A DNA stretch of 64,000 bases from an uncultured Candidatus Saccharibacteria bacterium (GCA_964474825.1 CAYYWQ010000001.1:293609-357608); one strand, 5' to 3'. Shown: positions 47,058-56,370, numbered from the stretch's first letter. Notes: generated by a model from the sequence alone, not told the origin. A program made the numbers and translations.

Positions 47058-47144
47058 GGGCGGTTCGTATAGTGGCAATTACATCGCGCTGTAGACGCGA
47101 CGGCCTTTCGGCCTCCGGGGGTTCGAGTCCCTCACCGCCCACCA
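47058..47144 (+). tRNA. tRNA-Tyr (anticodon GUA), type II with long variable arm
   Basis: acceptor GGGCGGU/ACCGCCC, 3-bp D stem, anticodon loop CUGUAGA, variable hairpin CGGCCUUUCGGCC, T-loop UUCGAGU, encoded CCA. Confidence 0.85.
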
Positions 47145-47182
47145 AAATAAAATACTCAACCATAGGTTGAGTATTTTATTTT
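47145..47182 (+). terminator. terminator after tRNA-Tyr
   Basis: AAAATAAAATACTCAACC-atag-GGTTGAGTATTTTATTTT. Confidence 0.6.
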
Positions 47183-47278
47183 GTCCCGAGCGAGTTCCGC
47201 GCAAGCGGAACGAGTCGAGGGGCACAAATCTAGAATTTCCGCGTGTAATCAGCGTTGCTATCTGCGTGTGTTCCGCGT

Positions 47279-49132
47279 TTACTCCATCTTTTCAAAATTA
47301 ATCCGCAAAGCGTTTAAGATTACTACTACATCCAATACTTCCTGGAGCAGAGCGCCGTAAATGGGAAGAATATAACCCAGGGCAGCCGCTATCATAAGCA
47401 AAATACTAACACCAATCCCTACAAAGATACTTTGCTTGGCAATGGCAATAGTACGCCTGGCAATTTTAAGGGCCAGGCCTACACGGGTTAAGTTGTCTAC
47501 GGTAATTACAATGTCACCGGTTTCGGAGGAAGCGGTAGAGCCACGGCTACCAATGGCTATGCCTACGTCCGCGGCGGCAAGAGCTGGCGCGTCGTTAACC
47601 CCGTCCCCTACCATGGCCACACTGCCAAATTGTTTTTTGTGGTCCTGCACTTCGGCAACTTTGTCTTCCGGCAAACATTCAGCGTGAATGTCGGTTAATC
47701 CAAGTTGTTTTGCGATAATGTCCGCCACATTTTTTTTGTCGCCGGTAAGCATTACAATTTTTTCCAGGCCTTGTTGCTTCATTTGGGCAAACAAAGTTTT
47801 TATTTCCGGCCTGGCAATATCCGCAAAAATTACAGAGCCTAAGAGTTCTTTGTTTTCAGCTAAATACACTGCAATTTTCCCCTGACTTTGGAATGCTTTG
47901 TGCAGCTCTTTTGTATTTTCAGGAATGGCAACTCCCTCGCTTTGCAAAAAAGATAGCTTACCAAATAAATAATTTTCGGCTTTAATTTTACCCTTAACTC
48001 CCTGGCCAAAAGTTTCTTGGAACTCTTCGGGTAAATCCAATTGTAAATTTAATTTTTTAGTAGCGTGCTCGGTTAAAGACGCGGCTAAAATGTGAGTGGA
48101 AAGCTGGTCCAGTGAAGCGGCCAGCCTAATAATATCTTTGTTCATGGCGAATTCCGAAGCTTGAAAATCCACAACGGCCGGAGAGCCTAAAGTTAGAGTG
48201 CCAGTTTTGTCAAAAATAAAAGCTTTGACTTCTGCCAGTTTTTCCAAAGCCCCGCCGCTTTTTACAATAATACCTCTGCTGGCAGCGCGTGAGACGCCGG
48301 ACATAATAGCAATGGGCGTGGCTAAAATTAACGGGCACGGCGTGGCAACAACAAGTACCGCCAATAGCCTAATTGGGTCGTGGGAAATAAACCAAGCTAG
48401 TGCGGCCATGGCTAGGGTTACAACCGTAAACCAAACGCTGTAGCGATCGGCCAGACGGACCATGGGCGCGCGGCTTTCGCTTGCTTGTTTTACCAGCTGA
48501 ATAATTTTTTCGTAAGTAGAGTGGGCCGATTCGCGCAGTGCTTTAATTTCCAAAGCCCCGTCTTTGTTTATGCTCCCGCTGTAAATTTGGGCGCCCGGGC
48601 GTTTTTCTACCGGTATGGCTTCTCCGGTAATTGCTGCTTCGTCTACGTCGCTCATGCCCTTTACAACCAGGCCGTCAGTTGGCACCGTTTCGCCCGGCTT
48701 AACCAAAAAAACGTCGTTAACTTTAAGTTCTGTAATTGGGATGTCCTGTAAACCGTTTTTAGTTATTAAGTGGGCTTTTGTTGGCACTCGTGAAAGCAGT
48801 GCCGTAAGTTCTTTACGCGCGCGCCTTAGGGCATAGGTTTCTAAAGCCTCTCCCCCGGAAAGCATAAGCACAATAACCAATCCGGCCAAATATTGGCCTA
48901 AAATAAATGAGGTAACAATTGCTAAAATGGCGATTACGTCTACCCCGAAATGTTTATGATATAAATCTTTTACCATTCTGGTTGCCGGTGGAATAACGCC
49001 AATAACCAAAGTAACCAGCCAAACTTTGTCGTCAATATGTTCGTAACCTGCAAAATGAAAAACCGCGCCCACAATTAAACCGAAAAGCGCTAGTATTGGA
49101 ATAATAAAATTTTTAAAATCGAATTTAGACAT
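47279..49132 (-). CDS. P-type cation-transporting ATPase (P1B-like, CPx motif, no N-terminal metal-binding domain)
   Basis: DKTGTLT, GDGVNDAPAL, TPCPL in TM6. Confidence 0.85.
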   Translation of the reverse strand: MSKFDFKNFIIPILALFGLIVGAVFHFAGYEHIDDKVWLVTLVIGVIPPATRMVKDLYHKHFGVDVIAILAIVTSFILGQYLAGLVIVLMLSGGEALETYALRRARKELTALLSRVPTKAHLITKNGLQDIPITELKVNDVFLVKPGETVPTDGLVVKGMSDVDEAAITGEAIPVEKRPGAQIYSGSINKDGALEIKALRESAHSTYEKIIQLVKQASESRAPMVRLADRYSVWFTVVTLAMAALAWFISHDPIRLLAVLVVATPCPLILATPIAIMSGVSRAASRGIIVKSGGALEKLAEVKAFIFDKTGTLTLGSPAVVDFQASEFAMNKDIIRLAASLDQLSTHILAASLTEHATKKLNLQLDLPEEFQETFGQGVKGKIKAENYLFGKLSFLQSEGVAIPENTKELHKAFQSQGKIAVYLAENKELLGSVIFADIARPEIKTLFAQMKQQGLEKIVMLTGDKKNVADIIAKQLGLTDIHAECLPEDKVAEVQDHKKQFGSVAMVGDGVNDAPALAAADVGIAIGSRGSTASSETGDIVITVDNLTRVGLALKIARRTIAIAKQSIFVGIGVSILLMIAAALGYILPIYGALLQEVLDVVVILNALRINFEKME

Positions 49133-49349
49133 AAAAAATTCCCCGAAAAGATACTCGGGGTTTAAAAAAACCGCGCAAGAATCTTTTATTACTTAACTTA
49201 AAAAGTAAAAAATGACTCTGCCCGGATACGCCTTATCCTGCTCCTGGACCAGAATGGTCTCATAACGAGCCCGCAAATTTAACCAAAGTTTTAGGCTGGC
49301 GGTTAAATTCGCACACAGACTTATTGACCAGTATATTATAGCACACTTT

Positions 49350-49895
49350 TCATTCAGATTTTAAAAGCGGCGCGAATTTAGCCCTCAGTTTGGAAATTTT
49401 GGGGTCTATTACAAACATACAGTAAGGTTTGTTTTTGTTTTGGTTGTAATAATTTTGGTGGTAGTTTTCCGCTTCATAAAAAGCCTCAAATTTCCTAACA
49501 ACGGTTACTATTGGTTTGTTAAAAGTACCATCAGCCGAAAGTTTTTTTATAAATTCTTCAGTCTCAACTTTTTGCTCTTCGTCCATATAAAAAACAGTAG
49601 AGGCATACTGCTCACCTATGTCGTTCCCCTGCTGGTTAGGGGTTGTGGGGTCATGCGTTGCAAAAAATACGTTGAGTAGATCGGTAAATTTTATTTGCTC
49701 AGGGTCAAAATCTATTTTAATAGACTCAATGTGTCCGCTGTCTCCCGCGCTAACTTCTTCGTATGTGGGATTAGGCTTTTTTCCGCCGCTGTACCCGGGT
49801 TTTACTGCAGTTACGCCGCGTAACCTTTGAAACACAGCCTCTGTGCACCAAAAACATCCCCCGCCAAACACAGCGCTTTGAGTTTTATTTTCCAT
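49350..49895 (-). CDS. msrA: peptide methionine sulfoxide reductase MsrA
   Basis: GGGCFWC catalytic motif. Confidence 0.9.
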   Translation of the reverse strand: MENKTQSAVFGGGCFWCTEAVFQRLRGVTAVKPGYSGGKKPNPTYEEVSAGDSGHIESIKIDFDPEQIKFTDLLNVFFATHDPTTPNQQGNDIGEQYASTVFYMDEEQKVETEEFIKKLSADGTFNKPIVTVVRKFEAFYEAENYHQNYYNQNKNKPYCMFVIDPKISKLRAKFAPLLKSE

Positions 49896-49957
49896 AAAAG
49901 TAAATTTATATTGCTATTATTATACACCCTTATGCCCAATAAAAAAATCCAATAACC

Positions 49958-50033
49958 TGGAGCCGTTGATCGGAATTGAACCGATGACCTACTCCTTACC
50001 ATGGAGTTGCTCTACCAACTGAGCTACAACGGC
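49958..50033 (-). tRNA. tRNA-Thr (anticodon GGU)
   Basis: acceptor GCCGUUG/CAACGGC, anticodon loop AUGGUAA, T-loop UUCAAUU, encoded CCA. Confidence 0.85.
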
Positions 50034-50050
50034 ACTAGGTTATTGGATTC

Positions 50051-50884
50051 TTATTTTGAAGTTTTTATTTGGTCCAGTTTTTGGGTGACTTTTTCGTTCT
50101 CGGGATCCACAGCGCGGGCTTTTTCCAGGGCGTTCATGGCCTGGTCGTTTAGGCCCAGCTTTAAACAGACGTTGCTGTAGCTTAAGTAATAGCGGGAATT
50201 GTTGGGCTCTAAAACAATAGCCCTGCCAATGGCTTCCAGGGCTTCCTGGTTCTTTCCAAGCGCTTCCCTAACTAACCCCAAGTTATAATAGCGGTTTGGC
50301 TGGCTGGAATCAAGGGCTAAAGACTGTTCATAATGTAAGGCCGTATTTTCAAAATCTTTTATTTGGTAGTAGCAGTAAGCCAGCCTGGCCTGGAAATCGG
50401 CGTTGGCCCGGTCGTGTTCAGTTAAATATTTGTAAATATCTATGGCGTCTTCTGTATTAGATTCTTCCAAATAAAATTTTCCTAAAGCGTCGTAGTTGGT
50501 AAGGTTTTTTGGGTCAGATTTAATAAGACCCAAAAAATAATCTTCGCCTTTTATTTTTTGCCCGCCTTCTGTTAAAGCCTTGGGCAAAGATTGTCTTTGA
50601 CCAAACAGCTTACGCATGCGGTAACCGGCAATGGCCTGGGGCCGGAGGTCCTTGGCTTCCAAAACAAAGTGCCAGAGTTTTTTGCCCCAGTACATAAAAA
50701 AAGTTTTTATTTTGGAAATGGCTATGGCCGGCACACCCTTGTCCACGAGTTTTAAGGCCGCAATTTCACTGGCTTTAGGCTTTTCAGCCTCAGCCGCGGC
50801 TTCAGGTAAGCGGCGCAGCACCATTATCAAAATCCCTAAAAACGCCAGGATGAATATGAGGTTTGGGATAATTTGATAAGACAA
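50051..50884 (-). CDS. membrane-anchored tetratricopeptide-repeat protein
   Basis: N-terminal TM helix then multiple TPR-like repeats (AxxYYxLG patterns). Confidence 0.6.
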   Translation of the reverse strand: MSYQIIPNLIFILAFLGILIMVLRRLPEAAAEAEKPKASEIAALKLVDKGVPAIAISKIKTFFMYWGKKLWHFVLEAKDLRPQAIAGYRMRKLFGQRQSLPKALTEGGQKIKGEDYFLGLIKSDPKNLTNYDALGKFYLEESNTEDAIDIYKYLTEHDRANADFQARLAYCYYQIKDFENTALHYEQSLALDSSQPNRYYNLGLVREALGKNQEALEAIGRAIVLEPNNSRYYLSYSNVCLKLGLNDQAMNALEKARAVDPENEKVTQKLDQIKTSK

Positions 50885-50904
50885 ATTGATTTAAAGGATT
50901 GAGC

Positions 50905-50970
50905 AAGATTGACCAAGATTGACACGATTTGAATCATGTCAATCTTTTAAATCGTTTAAATCTTGTCAAT
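50905..50970. promoter_or_regulatory. four copies of AAGATTGAC(A) in direct and inverted orientation between tsf and TPR gene
   Basis: AAGATTGAC at 50905 and 50915; GTCAATCTT at 50938; TTGTCAAT at 50963. Confidence 0.35.
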
Positions 50971-50974
50971 TAAT

Positions 50975-51553
50975 TTAGTTTCCTAAAACGAAACGGGCGA
51001 ATCTTTTTACTACAACATTTTCCCCCATTTTCCCAACGGCCTGGCTAATAAGGTCCTTAACTTTTATGTCGGAATTTTTGGCAAATGGCTGTTCCAGCAG
51101 GCACGCCTCTTCGTAATATTTGGCAATTTTGCCTTCCAAAATTTTATTTACTACGTCATCCGGCTTCCCCTTAACCTGTTCCTTGTAAATTTCCTTTTCT
51201 TTTTCTACAACCTCAGCAGGGACGTCGTTCATGGAAACATATAACGGATTAGCTGCGGCAATGTGTAAGGCCAACTCTTTTGCTAAATGTTTGAAATCCT
51301 CTGTGCGGGCCACGAAATCGGTTTCGCAGTTAACTTCCACCAAAACGCCTACGCGGCTGCCCGGGTGGATGTAAGCTTCTACAATCCCCTCGTTTGCCAC
51401 GCGGTCAGATTTTTTTCCGGCCTTGAGCGCGCCTTTTTTGCGCAAAATTTCTACGGCTTTGTCTTTGTCGTTTTCCGCTTCTGTCAGGGCAGCTTTAATA
51501 TCCATCATGCCCGCGCCTGTAAGTTCGCGGAGTTCTTTAATAAGATCGTTCAT
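50975..51553 (-). CDS. tsf: elongation factor Ts (short form)
   Basis: LRELTGAGMMDIKAAL UBA-like N-terminus; downstream of rpsB. Confidence 0.9.
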   Translation of the reverse strand: MNDLIKELRELTGAGMMDIKAALTEAENDKDKAVEILRKKGALKAGKKSDRVANEGIVEAYIHPGSRVGVLVEVNCETDFVARTEDFKHLAKELALHIAAANPLYVSMNDVPAEVVEKEKEIYKEQVKGKPDDVVNKILEGKIAKYYEEACLLEQPFAKNSDIKVKDLISQAVGKMGENVVVKRFARFVLGN

Positions 51554-51556
51554 AAA

Positions 51557-51626
51557 TAGTGATTAGTTGTTAGTGGTCAGTGGGCAGTTTCTAGTCACTA
51601 TTCGCTGCTCACTACTCACTAGTTAG
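51557..51626 (-). repeat. CACTGACCACTAACAACTAATCACTATTT leader repeat abutting tsf start, between rpsB and tsf
   Basis: sense-strand sequence nearly identical to pyrG leader at 10244. Confidence 0.5.
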
Positions 51627-52358
51627 TTATTTTTGTATCTCAGCCTGCTTGTCTTCCACCTTAATAGCAGGTACAGCCTGGCGCCCTTCGGAAATGGCTT
51701 GGCTTACAACCGCGCAGACTAATTCCACGGCTTTAGTGGCGTCGTCATTGCAAGGGATTGGGTAGGCTAAGTGGGAGGGGTCGGAGTTGGTGTCTACTAC
51801 GCCAATGGTTTTAACTTTGGAATTGCGGGCTTCTTTAACCGCAATGTCGTCGTGTTTAACGTCTGTAATAAAAATTGCCTCAGGAAGCTTTCTCATATTC
51901 TGAATACCTTCAAACAACTTTTTCAGTTTTTCAATTTCGCGCTCAACCATTAAGCGTTCTTTTTTGGTGTAATGGCTTTCCAATTCGCCGGAAGCTTTTT
52001 GGCTTTCCATTTTTTCCAATTTGCGAATGGTTTTCTGAATGGTGCGGAAGTTGGTAAAAGTGCCACCCAACCAGCGAACAGTTACGTAAGGCATGCCGCA
52101 GGCTACGGCCGCGTTTTTAACAATGTCGCGGGTTTGGCGTTTGGTGCCTACGAACAAAATTGTGCCGCCCATTTTGGCAACACCTTCGGCGAATTTAGCC
52201 GCTTCTAGCAAAGCTTTTTTGGTCTTTTCCAAATCCAAAATATGGATATTGTTGCGAACCGTAAAAATATACGGCTTCATTTTGGGGTTCCACCTGGAGG
52301 TGGTATGACCAAAATGCGCTCCGCTTTTGAGCAAATCTAATAGACTTAGGTCTTTCAT
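51627..52358 (-). CDS. rpsB: 30S ribosomal protein S2
   Basis: LLKSGAHFGHTTSRWNPKM S2 signature. Confidence 0.95.
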   Translation of the reverse strand: MKDLSLLDLLKSGAHFGHTTSRWNPKMKPYIFTVRNNIHILDLEKTKKALLEAAKFAEGVAKMGGTILFVGTKRQTRDIVKNAAVACGMPYVTVRWLGGTFTNFRTIQKTIRKLEKMESQKASGELESHYTKKERLMVEREIEKLKKLFEGIQNMRKLPEAIFITDVKHDDIAVKEARNSKVKTIGVVDTNSDPSHLAYPIPCNDDATKAVELVCAVVSQAISEGRQAVPAIKVEDKQAEIQK

Positions 52359-52472
52359 TGATTATCCTTTTCTTCCATCCCCTCTATTTTTTACAGGCCC
52401 TCGAGCCGTAAAAAACAGGATAATTATGCGGGAATGTGATTGATTAATTACTTAAAGCAATTATAACATCCC

Positions 52473-52501
52473 TTGACTTTTCTGGCAAGAGGCGGTAAAA
52501 T
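52473..52501 (+). promoter_or_regulatory. TTGACT-N17-TAAAAT promoter for rpmE
   Basis: sequence read directly. Confidence 0.4.
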
Positions 52502-52530
52502 ATCAGAAGTTATCAAAAAAGAGAAATTTT

Positions 52531-52794
52531 ATGAAACCTTCTATCCACCCAACATTTTATACAACCGCCACTGTTAGCTGCGCTTGCGGTAACACTTTTA
52601 CTACTGGCTCAACCGAAAAAGAGCTTCATACTGAAGTCTGCAGCCAGTGCCACCCGTTTTACACAGGCAAGCAAAAATTGCTTGACGCGGCTGGTTCTAT
52701 AGACAAGTTTAAAAAGCGTACTGCAACAGCAGTCACTATTAAAGGCGCTGCAAAACCGAAAAAAGAACGCAAAGCTAGGTCAACCAAGAAATAA
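52531..52794 (+). CDS. rpmE: 50S ribosomal protein L31 with Lys-rich C-terminal tail
   Basis: MKPSIHP... CxxC...CxxCH zinc-ribbon of L31 type A. Confidence 0.9.
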   Translation: MKPSIHPTFYTTATVSCACGNTFTTGSTEKELHTEVCSQCHPFYTGKQKLLDAAGSIDKFKKRTATAVTIKGAAKPKKERKARSTKK

Positions 52795-52816
52795 CTTTTG
52801 AAACTTAAGTAAACTT

Positions 52817-52840
52817 AACCGCTCCTTTTGGTGCGGTTTT
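52817..52840 (+). terminator. terminator after rpmE
   Basis: AACCGC-loop-GCGGTT TTT. Confidence 0.5.
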
Positions 52841-52864
52841 GTGTTAGATGGTAAAGTGTAAAGT

Positions 52865-53956
52865 TTGATGTATAATATATTAAGTATGGAAATTGGACTT
52901 CAGAAAATTTTAGACGAATATAATCAGTTAACCACAGAAATGTCTTCTGGTGGGTCTTTTGATATGGCAAAACTAGGCAAGCGTCAGTCAGAGCTTCAGT
53001 CAGTAGTTAGTAAGATTCAAGATTTGGAATTAAAGACTAAAGAGCTGGAAGAAAATAAAAATTTATTAGCCGATGATAACGCGGAGATTAAATCCATGGC
53101 GCTGGATGAGTCCCGGAGACTGGAATCTGAAATCTTAAATCTAAAATCCTCCATAGAGGAAATGCTCCTGCCTAAAGACCCCAATGACGACAAAGATGTA
53201 ATTGTGGAAATTAGGGCCGGAGCTGGAGGCGACGAAGCCACTCTGTTTGTTGCGGAAATGTTTAGGGCTTATGGCAAGTTCGCGGACGAAAACAAGTTTA
53301 CCACTCATATAGTTTCCAGTTCCAAAAGTGAAGCAGGTGGTTTTAAGGAAATTATTTTTGAAATTTACGGCAGGGTATCTGCCGCTGTGCATCCTTATCA
53401 AATGTTTAAGTATGAGTCAGGTGTGCACCGGGTTCAACGCGTACCGGAAACAGAAAAAAGCGGCCGCGTGCATACTTCCACTATTACTGTAGCTGTTTTA
53501 CCTATTTTAGAAGAAAAAGATTATACCATTGCGGAAAAAGATTTGGTTATGGAAGCCACTACATCTTCCGGGCATGGTGGTCAAAGTGTTAATACTACAT
53601 ATAGTGCTATTCGCATTACACATATACCTACAGGTATTACGGCTCAGTGCCAAGACGAACGCAGCCAGGCTCAAAACCGTGAAAAGGCTTTGCAGGTTAT
53701 TCGCGCCCGCGTAGCCGCGCATTACCAGGAAATAGAAAGTAAAAAAGTTAGGGACCTTACCAAATCTCAAATTGGAACCGGTGACCGCAGTGAAAAAATC
53801 CGCACTTACAACTTCCCCCAGGATCGCGTAACTGACCATCGAATAAACGAAAACTTTAACCAGATTGGCCTTATAATGGAAGGCAAATTCGCCAACATTA
53901 TTGAAGCCCTGCAAAAGGCCGACTTGGAAATGAAAAAAGAAGCGCTTAAAAAATGA
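52865..53956 (+). CDS. prfA: peptide chain release factor 1
   Basis: PxT-type tripeptide (RVPETEK), GGQ motif; start could be internal ATG at 52886. Confidence 0.9.
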   Translation: MMYNILSMEIGLQKILDEYNQLTTEMSSGGSFDMAKLGKRQSELQSVVSKIQDLELKTKELEENKNLLADDNAEIKSMALDESRRLESEILNLKSSIEEMLLPKDPNDDKDVIVEIRAGAGGDEATLFVAEMFRAYGKFADENKFTTHIVSSSKSEAGGFKEIIFEIYGRVSAAVHPYQMFKYESGVHRVQRVPETEKSGRVHTSTITVAVLPILEEKDYTIAEKDLVMEATTSSGHGGQSVNTTYSAIRITHIPTGITAQCQDERSQAQNREKALQVIRARVAAHYQEIESKKVRDLTKSQIGTGDRSEKIRTYNFPQDRVTDHRINENFNQIGLIMEGKFANIIEALQKADLEMKKEALKK

Positions 53957-54429
53957 CAATGGTCACGATTGAAGACGCACATATTTTGGCCAGAAAAATT
54001 AAAGAAAAAAGCTTAAAAGTTCACGGTATTGAACTGTTTGGGAGTGTGCTAAAAAATGGTAAAGGTCATGACGTTGATCTCATGTTGATAGTTGACGAAG
54101 ATTTATGGAGGAAATTTTGGTCTGTAACAAGGGATATTAATCCTAAGTGGCCGCTGCGGTTAATGTTCATCCGTCGTTTTATTAAAAAATTTTTACCGTT
54201 CCTTGACCAAGTCTTTATTTGGAAAAGAAAAAAAACTCGCCAGTTGCGCGCTTCAAATTTAATAGGTCTTGATTTGGCTCTTTTGGCCGAAGATTATCGT
54301 CCTGGTACCATTATTGATGTGTGGCTTATGCCCTTAAATTGGCACTCACGCATACCAGATATTACAAATAATTCCAATATGCTGGTCTTTCTTAAAAGGG
54401 CTTCCCAATTTTCAAAAAAGATTTGTTAA
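53953..54429 (+). CDS. nucleotidyltransferase-fold protein (minimal NTase, GS...DVDL motif) with uncharacterised C-terminal half
   Basis: FGSVLKNGKGHDVDL = GSx9-13Dx[DE] polymerase-beta-type NTase signature; ATGA overlap with prfA stop. Confidence 0.6.
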   Translation: MTMVTIEDAHILARKIKEKSLKVHGIELFGSVLKNGKGHDVDLMLIVDEDLWRKFWSVTRDINPKWPLRLMFIRRFIKKFLPFLDQVFIWKRKKTRQLRASNLIGLDLALLAEDYRPGTIIDVWLMPLNWHSRIPDITNNSNMLVFLKRASQFSKKIC

Positions 54430-54430
54430 T

Positions 54431-55333
54431 ATGACTGTAAAAGAGGTTTTTAAAAAATATTCATCTATTGAGGTAGATTTATTGCTGTCCCATATCCTTG
54501 GAAAATCCAAGGAGTTTATTTTTTTGCGGCCGCAAAAAAAGTTATCAAGTTATCAAGTTAAAAAGTTATCAAGTCTTGCAAAGAGAAGGGAAAAGGGTGA
54601 GCCTATTGCTTATATTTTGGGGTATAAGGATTTTTTGGGTTTACGCTTTAAAGTGAATAAGAATGTACTAATTCCAAGGCCAGAGACGGAAGAGTTGGTG
54701 CAGAAGGCAATTAAAAGATTAAAAGATTTAAAATTGAAAGATTCCAAAGTCCGGATTTTGGATGTAGGCACAGGCAGCGGGTGTATTGCGGTAAGTTTAG
54801 CTAATCAGCTATCAGCTAATTATCCAGTAAGGCTTTATGCGAGTGATATATCTTTAAAAGCTTTGGCAGTAGCAAAACAGAACGCAAGAAAGTATGGCGC
54901 AAAAATAAAATTTATACAGAGCGATTTGTTTGAGCGAGTTGAAGGTAGGTTTGATATTATAGTTGCTAACTTACCTTATGTTCCGGCTAAAATGCTCAGG
55001 AAGCATTTACTTCACCGGCCTACTCCCCCATCATCCTCCAACCCTTTTGCAGGCCTGGCTTATGAACCTGTATTTGCCTTAACAGATGGTGGGAGCAGTT
55101 GGCATATTTACAAAAGGTTTTTCCAGCAGGTTGGAGCGCATTTAAATCTGACCCCGTCATCCGACGGGGTCACCCTGTCGAATGACAGGGTGAAATCTTT
55201 AATCTATCTCGAGATTGATCCGGCGCAAAAAAAAGAACTTCCGGAAATAATAAAAAAATATTTGCCTAAGGCAAATGTAAAATTCTATAAAGACTTTAAT
55301 AACTTTTGGCGCTATGTAGAAATTAGCATTTAA
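54431..55333 (+). CDS. prmC: release factor glutamine N5-methyltransferase PrmC/HemK
   Basis: ILDVGTGSGCIA SAM motif, NLPY (NPPY-variant) motif, ALTDGG motif. Confidence 0.85.
   Translation: MTVKEVFKKYSSIEVDLLLSHILGKSKEFIFLRPQKKLSSYQVKKLSSLAKRREKGEPIAYILGYKDFLGLRFKVNKNVLIPRPETEELVQKAIKRLKDLKLKDSKVRILDVGTGSGCIAVSLANQLSANYPVRLYASDISLKALAVAKQNARKYGAKIKFIQSDLFERVEGRFDIIVANLPYVPAKMLRKHLLHRPTPPSSSNPFAGLAYEPVFALTDGGSSWHIYKRFFQQVGAHLNLTPSSDGVTLSNDRVKSLIYLEIDPAQKKELPEIIKKYLPKANVKFYKDFNNFWRYVEISI
55150..55192. repeat. two tandem perfect 9-bp hairpins (GACCCCGTC-atcc-GACGGGGTC; CACCCTGTC-gaat-GACAGGGTG) lying in-frame inside prmC
   Basis: first hairpin identical in stem to 133-152; encodes TPSSDGVTLSNDRV. 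Confidence 0.55.
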
Positions 55334-55376
55334 AAAGCCATTACCCCTAGGGGTAATGGCTTTTTCGTAATTTATA

Positions 55377-56072
55377 TTATTCTTTTTTCTCAGCTTTTTC
55401 TGCTTTAGGAGAGGCTTCGGCTTTGGCTTCGCCCTCGGCAACAGGCTTGTCTTCGGCAGCGCCTTCAACTTTGCTGACGTCTTCCACAACCGGAGTAGAC
55501 AATTCAGCTTCCACGTCACGAGGCTGCTGTACTTTAGCCACGGTTTCGTCGCCGCCTGTCAACATTTTGACCTTAGCAGGAACCGGTAAATCTTTTACGT
55601 TTATGGAATCTTGGAATGTAACAAGCTTGGAAATATCAACAATAATAGAGTGTGGCAAGTCGGCCGGCAAACATTCAACTTCTACTTCGTTTAAGTTTTT
55701 CATTAACACGCCGCCAAGTTCCTTGACTGCTTTGGCTTCGCCAATAAAGTCCAAAACAACTTTGGCTTTCAACTTTTCGGTCATGCTGACCTCGTAGAAA
55801 TCCGCGTGAATTGGGCGGCTGGTTAAGTAGTGGTACTGCACTTCATAAATTAAGACCGGGTGAACTTTACCGTCGTCTGTCTTTAAATCTATAATTGTGC
55901 TCTCCCCTGCTTTCCTTAAGGCTTTTTCGAATTCGCCTAAGTTTACAGTAAGGGCTTGGTTCTTAACGTTATGGCCGTACAAAACAGCTGGGATTAAACC
56001 TTCTTTGCGGATTTTTTCCGGAAAAGAAGTTTTAATGTCGCGGCTGGTGCTGGCTAATTGGACTTTGTCCAT
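55377..56072 (-). CDS. rplY: 50S ribosomal protein L25 / general stress protein Ctc with acidic/Lys-Ala-Glu-rich C-terminal tail
   Basis: L25 N-domain and Ctc beta-barrel domain. Confidence 0.85.
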   Translation of the reverse strand: MDKVQLASTSRDIKTSFPEKIRKEGLIPAVLYGHNVKNQALTVNLGEFEKALRKAGESTIIDLKTDDGKVHPVLIYEVQYHYLTSRPIHADFYEVSMTEKLKAKVVLDFIGEAKAVKELGGVLMKNLNEVEVECLPADLPHSIIVDISKLVTFQDSINVKDLPVPAKVKMLTGGDETVAKVQQPRDVEAELSTPVVEDVSKVEGAAEDKPVAEGEAKAEASPKAEKAEKKE

Positions 56073-56119
56073 TTGTGATCCTTGATGATTCTACCCATAA
56101 TAGTTTAATTCCTTATGGA

Positions 56120-56230
56120 ATTCCTCTCTCCAAATGGTGGAGAGAGGTTAGGAGAGAGGTTTTTTCCTAGGTTCAAACCTCTCTGTCGCCTTAAGGGCGA
56201 CATCTCCCCACGCTTTGGGGAGACCAATAA
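56120..56230 (-). promoter_or_regulatory. structured leader upstream of rplY (three GC-rich hairpins)
   Basis: CCTCTCTCC-aaatggt-GGAGAGAGG (with GGAGAGAGG repeated), TGTCGCC-ttaa-GGGCGACA, TCTCCCC-acgctt-TGGGGAGA. Confidence 0.3.
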
Positions 56231-56331
56231 GGATAATCTATTTACTCATAAAATCTTAATGTCTGATGATTATAACAAAGTTGGTTGGTTTTGGCAAGGG
56301 TATATAAAACTTGTTTTTAATTAAAATATAC

Positions 56332-56359
56332 AAAAGGCGGCCTCGTTTTCGAGGCCGCC
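56332..56359 (-). terminator. minus-strand terminator after secreted HExxH protein gene
   Basis: GGCGGCCTCG-tttt-CGAGGCCGCC, U-run on minus strand. Confidence 0.6.
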
Positions 56360-56370
56360 GCAGGTGTTTC

